From IMG/VR virus record IMGVR_UViG_3300045988_023906: a DNA stretch of 64,000 nt; one strand, given 5' to 3'. The position numbers and the translations under genes are program-made. How positions within the stretch are numbered: the stretch's first letter is position 1; each line of letters opens with the position of its first letter. The notes below the pieces were generated by a model, which ran no database searches, had not been told where the DNA came from, and saw nothing but the letters and a program-made list of their open reading frames with translations. Of this stretch, positions 36,801 through 45,506 are shown piece by piece. Source of the stretch: a virus.

Positions 36801-39800
36801 AAGAGGAGTCTACTGTATTAAATGACTCTGAAATAATGGCTTTGCCTGCAATAGATAGAGCTATTATGATGAATAAAGAAAATCTCTCAAATTATTCAGA
36901 GGAGCAAAGAGATATTATAAGTAATCTTATAGATAGAGGTACATCTAAGGATATAAACTTCTACAATAAGATACAGGATGCTGGAAGAATGGAATTGGCT
37001 AAACAGTCATTCTTGACTCAATACAATGAGATACTGAGAGACCCTAACAGCTTTAATATGTATGTTCAAAGAGCTAAGCAGGCTGCATCTGATGTACTTA
37101 CTAAGAAGAAGTATGAATCTATAGATAAAATATCTGATTATAAGGACTTTGCACTGAAGATGGATAAACTTATGGATAATGGGTCTCCTAGAGAACAAAG
37201 ACTTATAATAAATGCTCTATCCAAATCAAATAACTCTAATTATGAGAGATATAAGAATGATAGAAAAACTCTTGAAGGTTTATTTAATCAGATAGTAAAT
37301 GATGATGCTTTTAGGGATATAGATGCTAATGATGCAGATATGTTTGCATTATCTCTACAGTATTTAAGTAACAATGGAGTTGATTTGAATGATGAGAATG
37401 CTGTTGTTAATTCACTGTCTGAAGTAGATAGTGATGGTAACTCATTATTCCAAAAGTATGTAGAAGATATAAACTCTAACTCTCCTGATGAGACTAAAGT
37501 TGTATTTACTAGTATTGGTGAAGCAATACAGACTTATAAGGATGTAATGCAGAACTATAAAAGGGATGAAGATGAAAGAGCTAATAACTCTAAGCCAGTA
37601 GAGGTACAAAGTACTACAACAGAACAATCTGCCCCTGCTAAGCCTGTAAATCCTATGCCTGGCATATTTGGTTCAGCAGCTACTACATTAGAGGAAGCCA
37701 ATGAGTCTGCAAAGAAGACTGTAGAGGAACAGTCTTTACCAGCTGATAATACTACTTCAGCAACTACAGATAATACAGTTGAGAGTAAAGAAGATAAGAA
37801 ATCAGATGAAAAACCAGAACCATTTGATACTTCTTCAAGACAGGAGAGTAATAACTCTATAGAGGAATTTAGAGAAAACAGTAATGATGATATAGCTAAA
37901 AGTGCTGAACTGGGGTCAAGAGTTATAAGAAACTCTTCTGATAATTATTCAGAAAATGCAAAGAATACAGCAGAGGAAATACTAAACAGCTTCAGTAAGA
38001 ATGAGTTTGAAAACCCAGATGAGTTAAGTGAAGCTTTAGTACAAAAGGCTAATCAGTTAGATACTTCAGCTGATGAAAATGATGAGGATGCTATGCAGGC
38101 ATCTGCATTACTGAGGCAGGCTGCATCTAAAATTACAAACCAAACTCAGGAAAGAAAAATAAAGGAAAAGGAGGAAGAAGAGAGAGCTTCAGAAAACAAG
38201 AAACCTTCACTATTTGATAGAGCAAGGCAGAAGACTCAAGATACCAATAGAAGCATATTTGATAATAACTCAATGTCTTCTTTAATAGACTCTTCAGATA
38301 TACAGTGGTTAAGGGAGAATTACCCAGATAGCCCAATAGTTAAATATTGGGATAAGAACAATATAGAGTCTTTTATAAGAAGTGGAAAGTTAAAGACTGG
38401 TAAAGATGCTACTAGAGTATATTTTGTAACAGATAATATATTAGCTCAAGAAATAAAAGCTAATATGGAATCTAATGGAGCTAATTATACTAACTTGGAT
38501 ATTCCTATAATAGCAGTGGTTGAGGATGAGAATGGTACATTAATCATAGATAACAAGAAGTATCAGCCTATAGGTACTTTCCCATCAACTAATACTAGTA
38601 ATTATAAAGGTGTAGGAAATGTAGGAAGGATAAGAGAGTTAGTGGGAAACCAAAAATCTGGAAAACTCATAAGGGATAAGAATGGTAATATACTGACTTC
38701 AACATTAGCATCAATAGTTGCTAAGGCTCCTGAAAGAGTACCAGTAGGTAAACCTAATAATAATGCACAAAATCTATCTTTTAATACTTTAAGTAAGGAA
38801 GACCAAACCTCATTAAGAAGTGTCCCAAAGAGGGATAGGTATAAGAATCCTATATATGCTAAAATGAGAAAAGCATTTCTTGATAGATTAGGATTCTCTG
38901 AAAGTAACAAGTACCTATATGTAAATGTACCTAATTTGAAAGATAGTGTAAAAGACTTTAGAGTATTTATAAGGTCTATTTCTAACACTGTTGACAGAAA
39001 CTCTAATAAGTCTATAGTAGAATTATTTAATGAGGGTGATATAAATGCCCTATTAAATTCTAATAGTAGGTTAATCAAGGCAGGTACTGTATTGGATGAA
39101 ATGTCTTCCAGCTTTCCTGATAACTCTGAAATTACATTGGATAGAGTAGATGGGCAATTAGTTCCTACTAGTGAGTTTGCTGATAGATTAAATGAGCTGT
39201 CTAATACTCTGACTAGAAAGATGAATAACTATCTTATTCTGCCTAATCAGAATTGGAAATATGTAATATCACCTACTGAAGAAATATTAGAGGATGGAAG
39301 AAGAATGTTCTCTATAAGTATCTCAGATGGTAATACTACTATACTAGTAGGTAGGATAACTAATGGTACAATGTCTCCACAAACTAAGTTTGAGTTCTTT
39401 AGGAATCTTATAATGGATGGAACTGAAACTAGGAAGATGGGAAACTTTGATTTTATAAAGTGGCAGGTAGAGTACCCAAAAAGTGGAAATAGTATAGATA
39501 CTGTCAAGGGAAATCTAGCTAATGCCTTTGATGATGGTATATTGGAAATGAGTAATGAAGGTATAGAGTATAAAGTTAAGGGAATAGAAGTTAGGTCCCC
39601 TTTCACTTCTACAGGTGAAACTATAAGACCAGTAGAAGTATCTAACCCAAGTAATGCTACTCCTTCTACTCCTGTTAATACTCCTACTGTATCAGCTACT
39701 GACCAAGTGCAATCTGATAAAGCTATAATAGATAGTGAGACAGGTACTGTACTTGAAGGAAAGGTAGAAGAAAAGACTAATGTTAAGTTAGAAGCAGCAA

Positions 39801-41029
39801 GAGTTATAGCTGATAGAATTACAGAGGACTCTAAATTGATACAACTGGCTCCTGATGGAAGTGGATATATTAACACTAAGACAGGAAAGAAGTATTCAAG
39901 AATAACTTCAATAATTCAAGCAGATGCTGAAGCTGGTAATAGATTTGACCCTAATAGTCCTTGGATATTACCATCTACAAATATAGGAACTAGTGTGGAT
40001 GAATTTGTAAGAGATTTCTTTGCTGGAGAGTTCCATGAGGATGGTAAATTAATAAGTGATTTCTTCTATGACTATCCTAATGCTACTAATGCACAATGGA
40101 AACATTTTGTGCAAGAACTCCAAAGTCTGAAAAATTCTTTTGATGCTATGGGATTGACTATAATACCTAGAGATGTTACAGTTACTGGTACATTAAATGT
40201 TACAGATTCTGAAGGAAAAGTACATACTATAGATGTTGCTGGAACACTTGACTTACTGGCCTATGACCAAGAAGGTAACTTCTATATCTATGATATGAAG
40301 ACTGTAAGGAGTTCCATAGACCAACATAAGGAAGAGAAGTATGCAAGACAATTATCTTTGTATAAGAAGTTCTTAGAGAATACTTATGGTATTAGTGTTA
40401 AGAGCCTGAATATTATTCCTATACAAGTTGAGTACCCTGAACCTAAAGGTTGGAAGAACAGCACTAATGAATATACTGTAATAGAAGGTAATCAATTAGC
40501 TATTAATGGTGAGGAATATAGAAATGCTAAGCCTCAGTTGTTTAGACCTAAGGAAGTAGGATATAGAGAGCCTAATATACAATATGAGAAATTAACTGAT
40601 ATTGAGAAGTCTCAAATATCTGAAATAGAGAAGATGATTGAAGAAAAAGATGCTTCAGTAAATCAGACTAGTACTGAAACTATTACTCCTACTGAGACCA
40701 AAGAAGTTAAAGTTGAAGAAGTTACAGTAGCTGACAATACTGAACCTACAGTTGATTTAAATACAGGATTAAACATAGGAAAGGTTAAAGATAGAAGAAA
40801 GAAGAAGTCAGGTACTAAGGTAAATCCTAAACCTACAAGGCTAATACCTTCAAGATTAACTTGGGGAGTTTGGGAAAACTTTATAACTGAGGATGGTGTA
40901 TCATTATGGAATGAAGAAACCATTAAAGTACTAGAGTCTGTAGGATATACAGAAGAATCATGGAATCAACTTTCTGATGAAGAGATGGAGCATGAACTTA
41001 AATGTAAAGGAGTTAAAGTTCCATTCTAA
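33839..41029 (+). CDS. Giant virion protein (2396 aa) with hydrophobic Gly/Ala segments, coiled coils, an acidic disordered region and a C-terminal PD-(D/E)xK nuclease-like domain
   Basis: Single uninterrupted ORF. See the domain feature at 39845-40440. Confidence 0.6.
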   Translation: MALEGLKGLTAQDRANWEKKYSAYLSGKSSDEIERMYRNEMFKAKFKGREDYSALKQMSPEERDAFYNKSYTDSIEAVRRSAKRYSANNDLFTVKSDATRVREPIRYELSPQEQEAFKAKSIAYDNAMRKYSSDYAKNAYDRDHAVKDIRTVAESVSPYYRKYKNTDYLPFTNNDWQNIATEYNAKRDAYGEESANIWLQGKMQDTASKNQSLFEKAWNGFVGMGASAAGALIGTYGMLKGAYDYVAGNYKDVKGLNGFENFMNSVMDNDITRFGNDVTQYGTIINLDEAKKSGLSELEVMQTQGQQSGSDSLFDQIFNVNTIPVAMQSGGFTAASMLAGYGEAKLAGWAFKGMKGATMLGKTGSTTQKLMQARNTLNSIQKAENFTNKFVIPGLAGTTEGVIEGLNTKLEVLEDSKKKIAEAQSKYVDRRFKELYEAEYNKRMQEAYNKSKLTRNRETGRMTSSFNPNKESKKILDDLYKQAWDEYSSKYKEALNQAEFAASKAGVNNFLVNSAINGVINQTLKAGLQSSTVQGTLQKSRLFNWATPKGKFDITGSGANTTVTPKYRAWKQTWNIAKEPLGEFTEEYLQSVSNATMSGGAANNIHQFIENKYNGDGSAEVGDYMAGDFTAALLSMGESMVDNETIKSGIYGAISSAMGTPVFRGGDYTKRVKGSDGKYHTEIDLSRREGESRLGHITRLMPWRSGITNAIRENAETKRQLYDDAKTLETWLRDPNNKAKFDGIVGTYNWAKQMESDAKSNDEFGYRNSLLGKTINDVFMLDKMRGTQYYDSFMNELITVANLEEGTEQANSYIKSMRDNINTQDSNVSDTEVLNQLKSNANKLLNTINTIQKESDKIDRTLGNVDEDTKQALIFGQMSLQDWDSRGKKIESELGNIASLITDSSKPVSNMSPELRDIVSRYGSLSRAKKVKEELSNSLQSISKDIDNLNNRKDNLTDSEKTILKEKKAKLKSINKVLNTLKSIDNVEEESTVLNDSEIMALPAIDRAIMMNKENLSNYSEEQRDIISNLIDRGTSKDINFYNKIQDAGRMELAKQSFLTQYNEILRDPNSFNMYVQRAKQAASDVLTKKKYESIDKISDYKDFALKMDKLMDNGSPREQRLIINALSKSNNSNYERYKNDRKTLEGLFNQIVNDDAFRDIDANDADMFALSLQYLSNNGVDLNDENAVVNSLSEVDSDGNSLFQKYVEDINSNSPDETKVVFTSIGEAIQTYKDVMQNYKRDEDERANNSKPVEVQSTTTEQSAPAKPVNPMPGIFGSAATTLEEANESAKKTVEEQSLPADNTTSATTDNTVESKEDKKSDEKPEPFDTSSRQESNNSIEEFRENSNDDIAKSAELGSRVIRNSSDNYSENAKNTAEEILNSFSKNEFENPDELSEALVQKANQLDTSADENDEDAMQASALLRQAASKITNQTQERKIKEKEEEERASENKKPSLFDRARQKTQDTNRSIFDNNSMSSLIDSSDIQWLRENYPDSPIVKYWDKNNIESFIRSGKLKTGKDATRVYFVTDNILAQEIKANMESNGANYTNLDIPIIAVVEDENGTLIIDNKKYQPIGTFPSTNTSNYKGVGNVGRIRELVGNQKSGKLIRDKNGNILTSTLASIVAKAPERVPVGKPNNNAQNLSFNTLSKEDQTSLRSVPKRDRYKNPIYAKMRKAFLDRLGFSESNKYLYVNVPNLKDSVKDFRVFIRSISNTVDRNSNKSIVELFNEGDINALLNSNSRLIKAGTVLDEMSSSFPDNSEITLDRVDGQLVPTSEFADRLNELSNTLTRKMNNYLILPNQNWKYVISPTEEILEDGRRMFSISISDGNTTILVGRITNGTMSPQTKFEFFRNLIMDGTETRKMGNFDFIKWQVEYPKSGNSIDTVKGNLANAFDDGILEMSNEGIEYKVKGIEVRSPFTSTGETIRPVEVSNPSNATPSTPVNTPTVSATDQVQSDKAIIDSETGTVLEGKVEEKTNVKLEAARVIADRITEDSKLIQLAPDGSGYINTKTGKKYSRITSIIQADAEAGNRFDPNSPWILPSTNIGTSVDEFVRDFFAGEFHEDGKLISDFFYDYPNATNAQWKHFVQELQSLKNSFDAMGLTIIPRDVTVTGTLNVTDSEGKVHTIDVAGTLDLLAYDQEGNFYIYDMKTVRSSIDQHKEEKYARQLSLYKKFLENTYGISVKSLNIIPIQVEYPEPKGWKNSTNEYTVIEGNQLAINGEEYRNAKPQLFRPKEVGYREPNIQYEKLTDIEKSQISEIEKMIEEKDASVNQTSTETITPTETKEVKVEEVTVADNTEPTVDLNTGLNIGKVKDRRKKKSGTKVNPKPTRLIPSRLTWGVWENFITEDGVSLWNEETIKVLESVGYTEESWNQLSDEEMEHELKCKGVKVPF
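39845..40440 (+). other. PD-(D/E)xK (RecB/Cas4/YqaJ-type) nuclease-like domain inside the 2396-aa protein
   Basis: KKYSRITSIIQ is an SVT-like N-terminal motif. GTLDLLAYDQEGNFYIYDMKT supplies D...D-x-K. YARQLSLYKKF supplies QxxxY. Confidence 0.55.
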
Positions 41030-41043
41030 GGCAAAAAAAAAAT

Positions 41044-41073
41044 AAGGCTAGGGAGGATAACCTCTCTAGCCTT
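41044..41073. terminator. Bidirectional terminator between the convergent modules
   Basis: 13-bp stem AAGGCTAGGGAGG/CCTCTCTAGCCTT (one G-T pair) with a 4-nt loop. It is flanked by A10 upstream and a T-rich run downstream. Confidence 0.8.
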
Positions 41074-41083
41074 TATTGTTTTA

Positions 41084-44000
41084 TTAGTTTCTAACCTTTC
41101 TACCATACTCATAAGATTTAGCTGCTTCATAGGGGTGTTCCCATACATAGTTACTTCTAAGATAAGGAAACATTCTCCAGAATTTAGCCTCCCATTTGGA
41201 ATCTCCTTTCTCATACATACCTTCTTTCTTAGATTGATAGTAAAATTCACTATTATCTTCATCAGCTACAAGGCTTCCACCAAATTGGTATGCCAGATTA
41301 GAAATATCTATAAGACCACTTACACCAACAGGAATCATACTCATAAGATTTTGTGACTCATCAACCATACCCCAAGCAGTATTCATTGCAGACTGCTCTC
41401 TCAACAATCTAGCTGCAAAGTAGTAAACTATACCAGTAGTAGTGTCTACTTCCTCCTCAGATTCTTTGTCATCATCATCTCCACCACCTTTAGCAGTCAA
41501 TATCTTTAGTAGAGTTAATGCAAGGATAAACATAGCATCACCCATATTTCTCCTCATATTATAATACTGATTAGCAGAGAATCCAGCATTAAGCATTGCT
41601 TGTTTTGTCTTCTTACTAACTGGCAGTAATATGGCTCTCATAGTTAAACCAAAGCCTCCTCTATCAGTAAAAGTAGATGCAATAACTTTAGCTAAGCTTC
41701 TCATTGAACCCTCAGTTTCTCCACCAAGTATAGTATTATATTTGCTTGCACCATATCTTCTTTCAAGCATACCTAAGGCATAACCTCTCATGGCTAGCAA
41801 CATATTACCAAACATATTCTGTTGGAAAGCTACTTTATCTTGGTTATTATAGATACCATGTAATCTGTTGTTTATTTCTCTGGCTTTATCCATGAAAGCA
41901 GATTCATCATCAATAGTCCAAGTAAGTTTATATGAATCCTCAAGTAGCTTTGTTTTAACATCTGCCATGTCAGCTAGATTATAGCCCTTGGAATTTATAT
42001 AATCTAACTCTTCCTGACTAAGATTCAGCACAGAGCCAAAAGGGGAAGGGTTACTAAGAACATTATCTATCTGACCTATTATAGATTGTATAAAGTTATA
42101 TTCTTTGACACCCTCTTTACTCTTAAAGAATGTGCCTTCTAGTTTAAGAGTTTTGCCATATTTTGGGTCTGCATTTCCACTTTCATCCTCAACATCTACT
42201 ACCTTATAAGCATTAAATAATGATATTCTGTTGCCATTAGAATCATACAACTTAATTTTATTAGCTAAAGCAAGATAAGACATAGAAGACATGTAGTGCT
42301 CTCCTGCTTTATATGGTAGGAATAGGCTTTCTCCGAACATATTAAGTATCCTAGAATCTCTTGTGTGCCATGCTCTTTGGTTACCTCTATTTTCACTAAG
42401 TATATTAAAATGCCTAATCATTAAGGATACTTTATCTTCCTTAAATTCCTTTCCATATCCCCACCAATTCTGCATGAAACTTCCATAATAGGATTTATGT
42501 GCCTTGGCCCAATCTTTTACATCAAAGTATTCACCAGAGAAAGCTTCCTTAAATATTTCTATAGAACCAGTTCCAACATTGACCATACCACCTGCAATAT
42601 TACCTCCTAAGAAGTATTTACTTGCAAATCCAGTAAGAAATCCAAATAGTTTATTAAGCACTAGCTTATTGCCAATCTTCAGCTTTGGAACTCCAATACC
42701 ATATACTTGTTTATCAAGAAATTTAAGGTATCTATTATAAGCCCTAGACTTATCCTTCAATCTACTTTCTTCTGAGTTAATACCTTCTACAGTCCTCCTA
42801 TTAAGAACCTCCTTTCCAACTTCAAGAGTATCAACAACCTGACTCATAGCTGCATAAGAATTTGCCATTCCTGCATAAGCAAATGTAGAATAGAATAAGT
42901 CAGTAGATAGCTCAGAAGGGTCTTTCAGCTTGTTGACCCCATATAGAGGAACCCTATTAATCTTCTCCCTTTCAAATGCAAGTTGATTATGGAACATATC
43001 CTCATCTATAGTATTGTATGTCTGCTGACTTCCAAAATCAGTATCTTCACTGTCCTCACAGAAAGTATCTCTCATTTCAGTCATTACAGTATGTATAGTA
43101 GCCTTACTTGAATTTTCAAATAATCTCCTATTCCTAATCTTATTGGAGAATGTACCCTTGAATTGAGGCATTCTGTGTAAAGGCATACTACCTTCAGGCA
43201 GTCTACTATCCAAATCAGCTTTAAGTTGCATATACTCATTAAGCCATTTTACCCTTTCAGGATATGGCTGTATATCTCTCTTATACTGTTCACTTTCATA
43301 GTCAGAGCTAGGAATGTACATCTGCTGCTGATTGTCCCACTGACTATGGGCAATATGTGTTGCATCTCCCTTATGCCATATTTTAGCTTTAGGTTTAAAG
43401 AAGTTATCCCATAGCAATGCTTTTTCAAAGTCAGATTTTCCATCAAGATTAGGGTACTTTTGGTTAAACTCCTCTATACTTTGTTTCTTGAAGTCTAGCC
43501 AGTCATTTTCATAATCTCCCCAGCAGTATGCTGATATAATGTTTCCTGTTATAGTACCATCCCTGTTACTTCTTTCAACAAAAATATCAGTATTACTCAG
43601 CTTAATATCTTTTAACCTAGACTGTAATACCCTAAGTTGGTCCTGAGCTTGAATAGTCATATCATCTGCCCACTTATTAGCTAGCTTCACAGTCTTATCT
43701 GCTAACTGACCTATAACATCTGAATTGTTAGACATAGATGCAAGGAACCTTTCAAACAGAGATATATCACTCTCCAAGTCATTCATCAAATCTGATATAG
43801 GAATGTCCTCTGAATCTCTATACTCAATAAGCTTGTTATTGCCTCTACCTTTCCAATTGAATATGACTCTGGCTGCTCTTGTAATATATTTATTGCCATA
43901 GTTAGCACCTTCAAGGAATTTAAGGAAGAATTGACTTTCCTTATTCTTGAGTTCATTAATCAATCCATTTCTACCAGTAAGTAGCTTGTTCAACTTATCA

Positions 44001-45505
44001 GTAATATCTAATAAGTTATATGATACTCTGTTACCAAGAGAGTCAGTAATTATAACATTCCTTGTATCTCCAAGTAATCTATTTGCCCCAGATATGTTAG
44101 AGGTAGATGAGTTTATAAGGTCTATTAATGCAAGAGCATTCCTAGCAAATGCCCTAACAACTCTTAGTGCCTTAGCATTAGCTGGCATATTGGAGTTGAA
44201 GTCAGTTACATTATCAAAGTCAATTGATGCCAATATATCAGGTATCTCAGCTACCATTAAGTCACTCATTAGTGATATAGCTTCTGTTATCCCTTCAAGA
44301 GCAATTGAATCTGCAAATGAAGAGGGCACATTTAAGTTTCTACCACTCTCAACCTGGCCCACTATATTATTGAATTTATCAAATAATGTATTACTGATAG
44401 ACTTCATCTCTGAAGCTTGCAATTTAAGCCTGTTCACAGCCTGCTTGAATACTTTAACATTAAAGGAAGTAGGAGCATTATATAAGGTCTCCTTGGTTTT
44501 AATAGCCTCTTCTACACTACCTGTAAAGTTGGGAGACATAAATCCCTTAGCTATCATATCTGCAATTCTTTCAGCCTCTAATGCAGCATTGGCAATGCTA
44601 TCTCCTTTTATGCTATGAAATATTCTCTTGGCTGTATTGACTATTCTCTTAACAAGAGATTGCCAAGGTGCTCTATCATCTATATTACCTGCTATAGCCT
44701 GACCAACTAAGGTACCAGCTATCTCTCTTCTGGAAGACTCTCCTAGATATTTACTATCATACTCATCCCCTACTATCTGCTTTTGTACCTCTGGAGTTAA
44801 TAACCTCATAAGCCTCTCTACTAGAGGGGAATTTCCTAAGGCACCTATAGCAAAGTGTCCTGCCTCTTCTGCCAATACACCAGTTACATTTTTACCATTA
44901 GCTACTTGTATTAACTGATATAGGCCATCAGCAGTCTTCTTGGCATTTTTAGTACTATACCTTCCATTTACCTTCTCATCATTCTCAATGAATTCTATAC
45001 TGACTCCAGCCTTATTCAGGTAGTATTTAATCCTGTCTTGAAGAGTCCTATTAGAGATTTCCTGATTAAGGGCTAATTCATTGGAAGGATTCTTCTCAAC
45101 TACAGATAAGTAATACTTACCATCTGTTGTAGATTTAATGGTAGCCATAAATTCATTATTAAACTGGCTGTTTCTATTAAAAGATTGCAGTCTGTTTACT
45201 GCTTCCTCATAATCATAAATGCCAGAGTTTATATCCTTATTCAGAGTATTAATCAATGTATCTTTGTCTACATTAAGCTTAGCAAGACTTCTCAATGATT
45301 GGAAAGTAATTTCACCATTCTCATCAAACTTAGCACTTCCTTGTACCTTTTCAAGAAATTTAGGATTAATTCCTATACCATAATACTCCTTTGCAAGTTC
45401 CCTATTATTAGAAGTGTAGTGAAGCAGGTCTTTGAATAACCTGCTTTCTACTACTTCACCTTTAGAGTTTGTGCAATGAGCATAAATTGAACATTTATCT
45501 GCCAT
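41084..45505 (-). CDS. Giant protein of unknown function (1473 aa), probably a virion/ejected protein, co-transcribed with the RNAP gene
   Basis: Uninterrupted ORF starting 2 nt after the RNAP stop. It has a hydrophobic C-terminal segment and a GGGDDDDKESEEE acidic patch. The LAEEAGHFAIGALG segment is noted but not assignable. Confidence 0.55.
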   Translation of the reverse strand: MADKCSIYAHCTNSKGEVVESRLFKDLLHYTSNNRELAKEYYGIGINPKFLEKVQGSAKFDENGEITFQSLRSLAKLNVDKDTLINTLNKDINSGIYDYEEAVNRLQSFNRNSQFNNEFMATIKSTTDGKYYLSVVEKNPSNELALNQEISNRTLQDRIKYYLNKAGVSIEFIENDEKVNGRYSTKNAKKTADGLYQLIQVANGKNVTGVLAEEAGHFAIGALGNSPLVERLMRLLTPEVQKQIVGDEYDSKYLGESSRREIAGTLVGQAIAGNIDDRAPWQSLVKRIVNTAKRIFHSIKGDSIANAALEAERIADMIAKGFMSPNFTGSVEEAIKTKETLYNAPTSFNVKVFKQAVNRLKLQASEMKSISNTLFDKFNNIVGQVESGRNLNVPSSFADSIALEGITEAISLMSDLMVAEIPDILASIDFDNVTDFNSNMPANAKALRVVRAFARNALALIDLINSSTSNISGANRLLGDTRNVIITDSLGNRVSYNLLDITDKLNKLLTGRNGLINELKNKESQFFLKFLEGANYGNKYITRAARVIFNWKGRGNNKLIEYRDSEDIPISDLMNDLESDISLFERFLASMSNNSDVIGQLADKTVKLANKWADDMTIQAQDQLRVLQSRLKDIKLSNTDIFVERSNRDGTITGNIISAYCWGDYENDWLDFKKQSIEEFNQKYPNLDGKSDFEKALLWDNFFKPKAKIWHKGDATHIAHSQWDNQQQMYIPSSDYESEQYKRDIQPYPERVKWLNEYMQLKADLDSRLPEGSMPLHRMPQFKGTFSNKIRNRRLFENSSKATIHTVMTEMRDTFCEDSEDTDFGSQQTYNTIDEDMFHNQLAFEREKINRVPLYGVNKLKDPSELSTDLFYSTFAYAGMANSYAAMSQVVDTLEVGKEVLNRRTVEGINSEESRLKDKSRAYNRYLKFLDKQVYGIGVPKLKIGNKLVLNKLFGFLTGFASKYFLGGNIAGGMVNVGTGSIEIFKEAFSGEYFDVKDWAKAHKSYYGSFMQNWWGYGKEFKEDKVSLMIRHFNILSENRGNQRAWHTRDSRILNMFGESLFLPYKAGEHYMSSMSYLALANKIKLYDSNGNRISLFNAYKVVDVEDESGNADPKYGKTLKLEGTFFKSKEGVKEYNFIQSIIGQIDNVLSNPSPFGSVLNLSQEELDYINSKGYNLADMADVKTKLLEDSYKLTWTIDDESAFMDKAREINNRLHGIYNNQDKVAFQQNMFGNMLLAMRGYALGMLERRYGASKYNTILGGETEGSMRSLAKVIASTFTDRGGFGLTMRAILLPVSKKTKQAMLNAGFSANQYYNMRRNMGDAMFILALTLLKILTAKGGGDDDDKESEEEVDTTTGIVYYFAARLLREQSAMNTAWGMVDESQNLMSMIPVGVSGLIDISNLAYQFGGSLVADEDNSEFYYQSKKEGMYEKGDSKWEAKFWRMFPYLRSNYVWEHPYEAAKSYEYGRKVRN

Positions 45506-45506
45506 A

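Noticed and set aside
43947-44618. A 223-aa plus-strand ORF, and many other 60-210-aa ORFs antisense to or out of frame within long genes. Examples: 39247-39876, 38602-39078, 17345-17776, 11100-11549, 29727-30143, 50551-50985, 61862-62248, 56525-56932.
   Set aside because: All lie entirely inside much longer ORFs that carry recognisable motifs. Their Leu/Ser/Ile/Phe-rich low-complexity translations are what an AT-rich gene gives on the opposite strand. None has a promoter or packing logic of its own.
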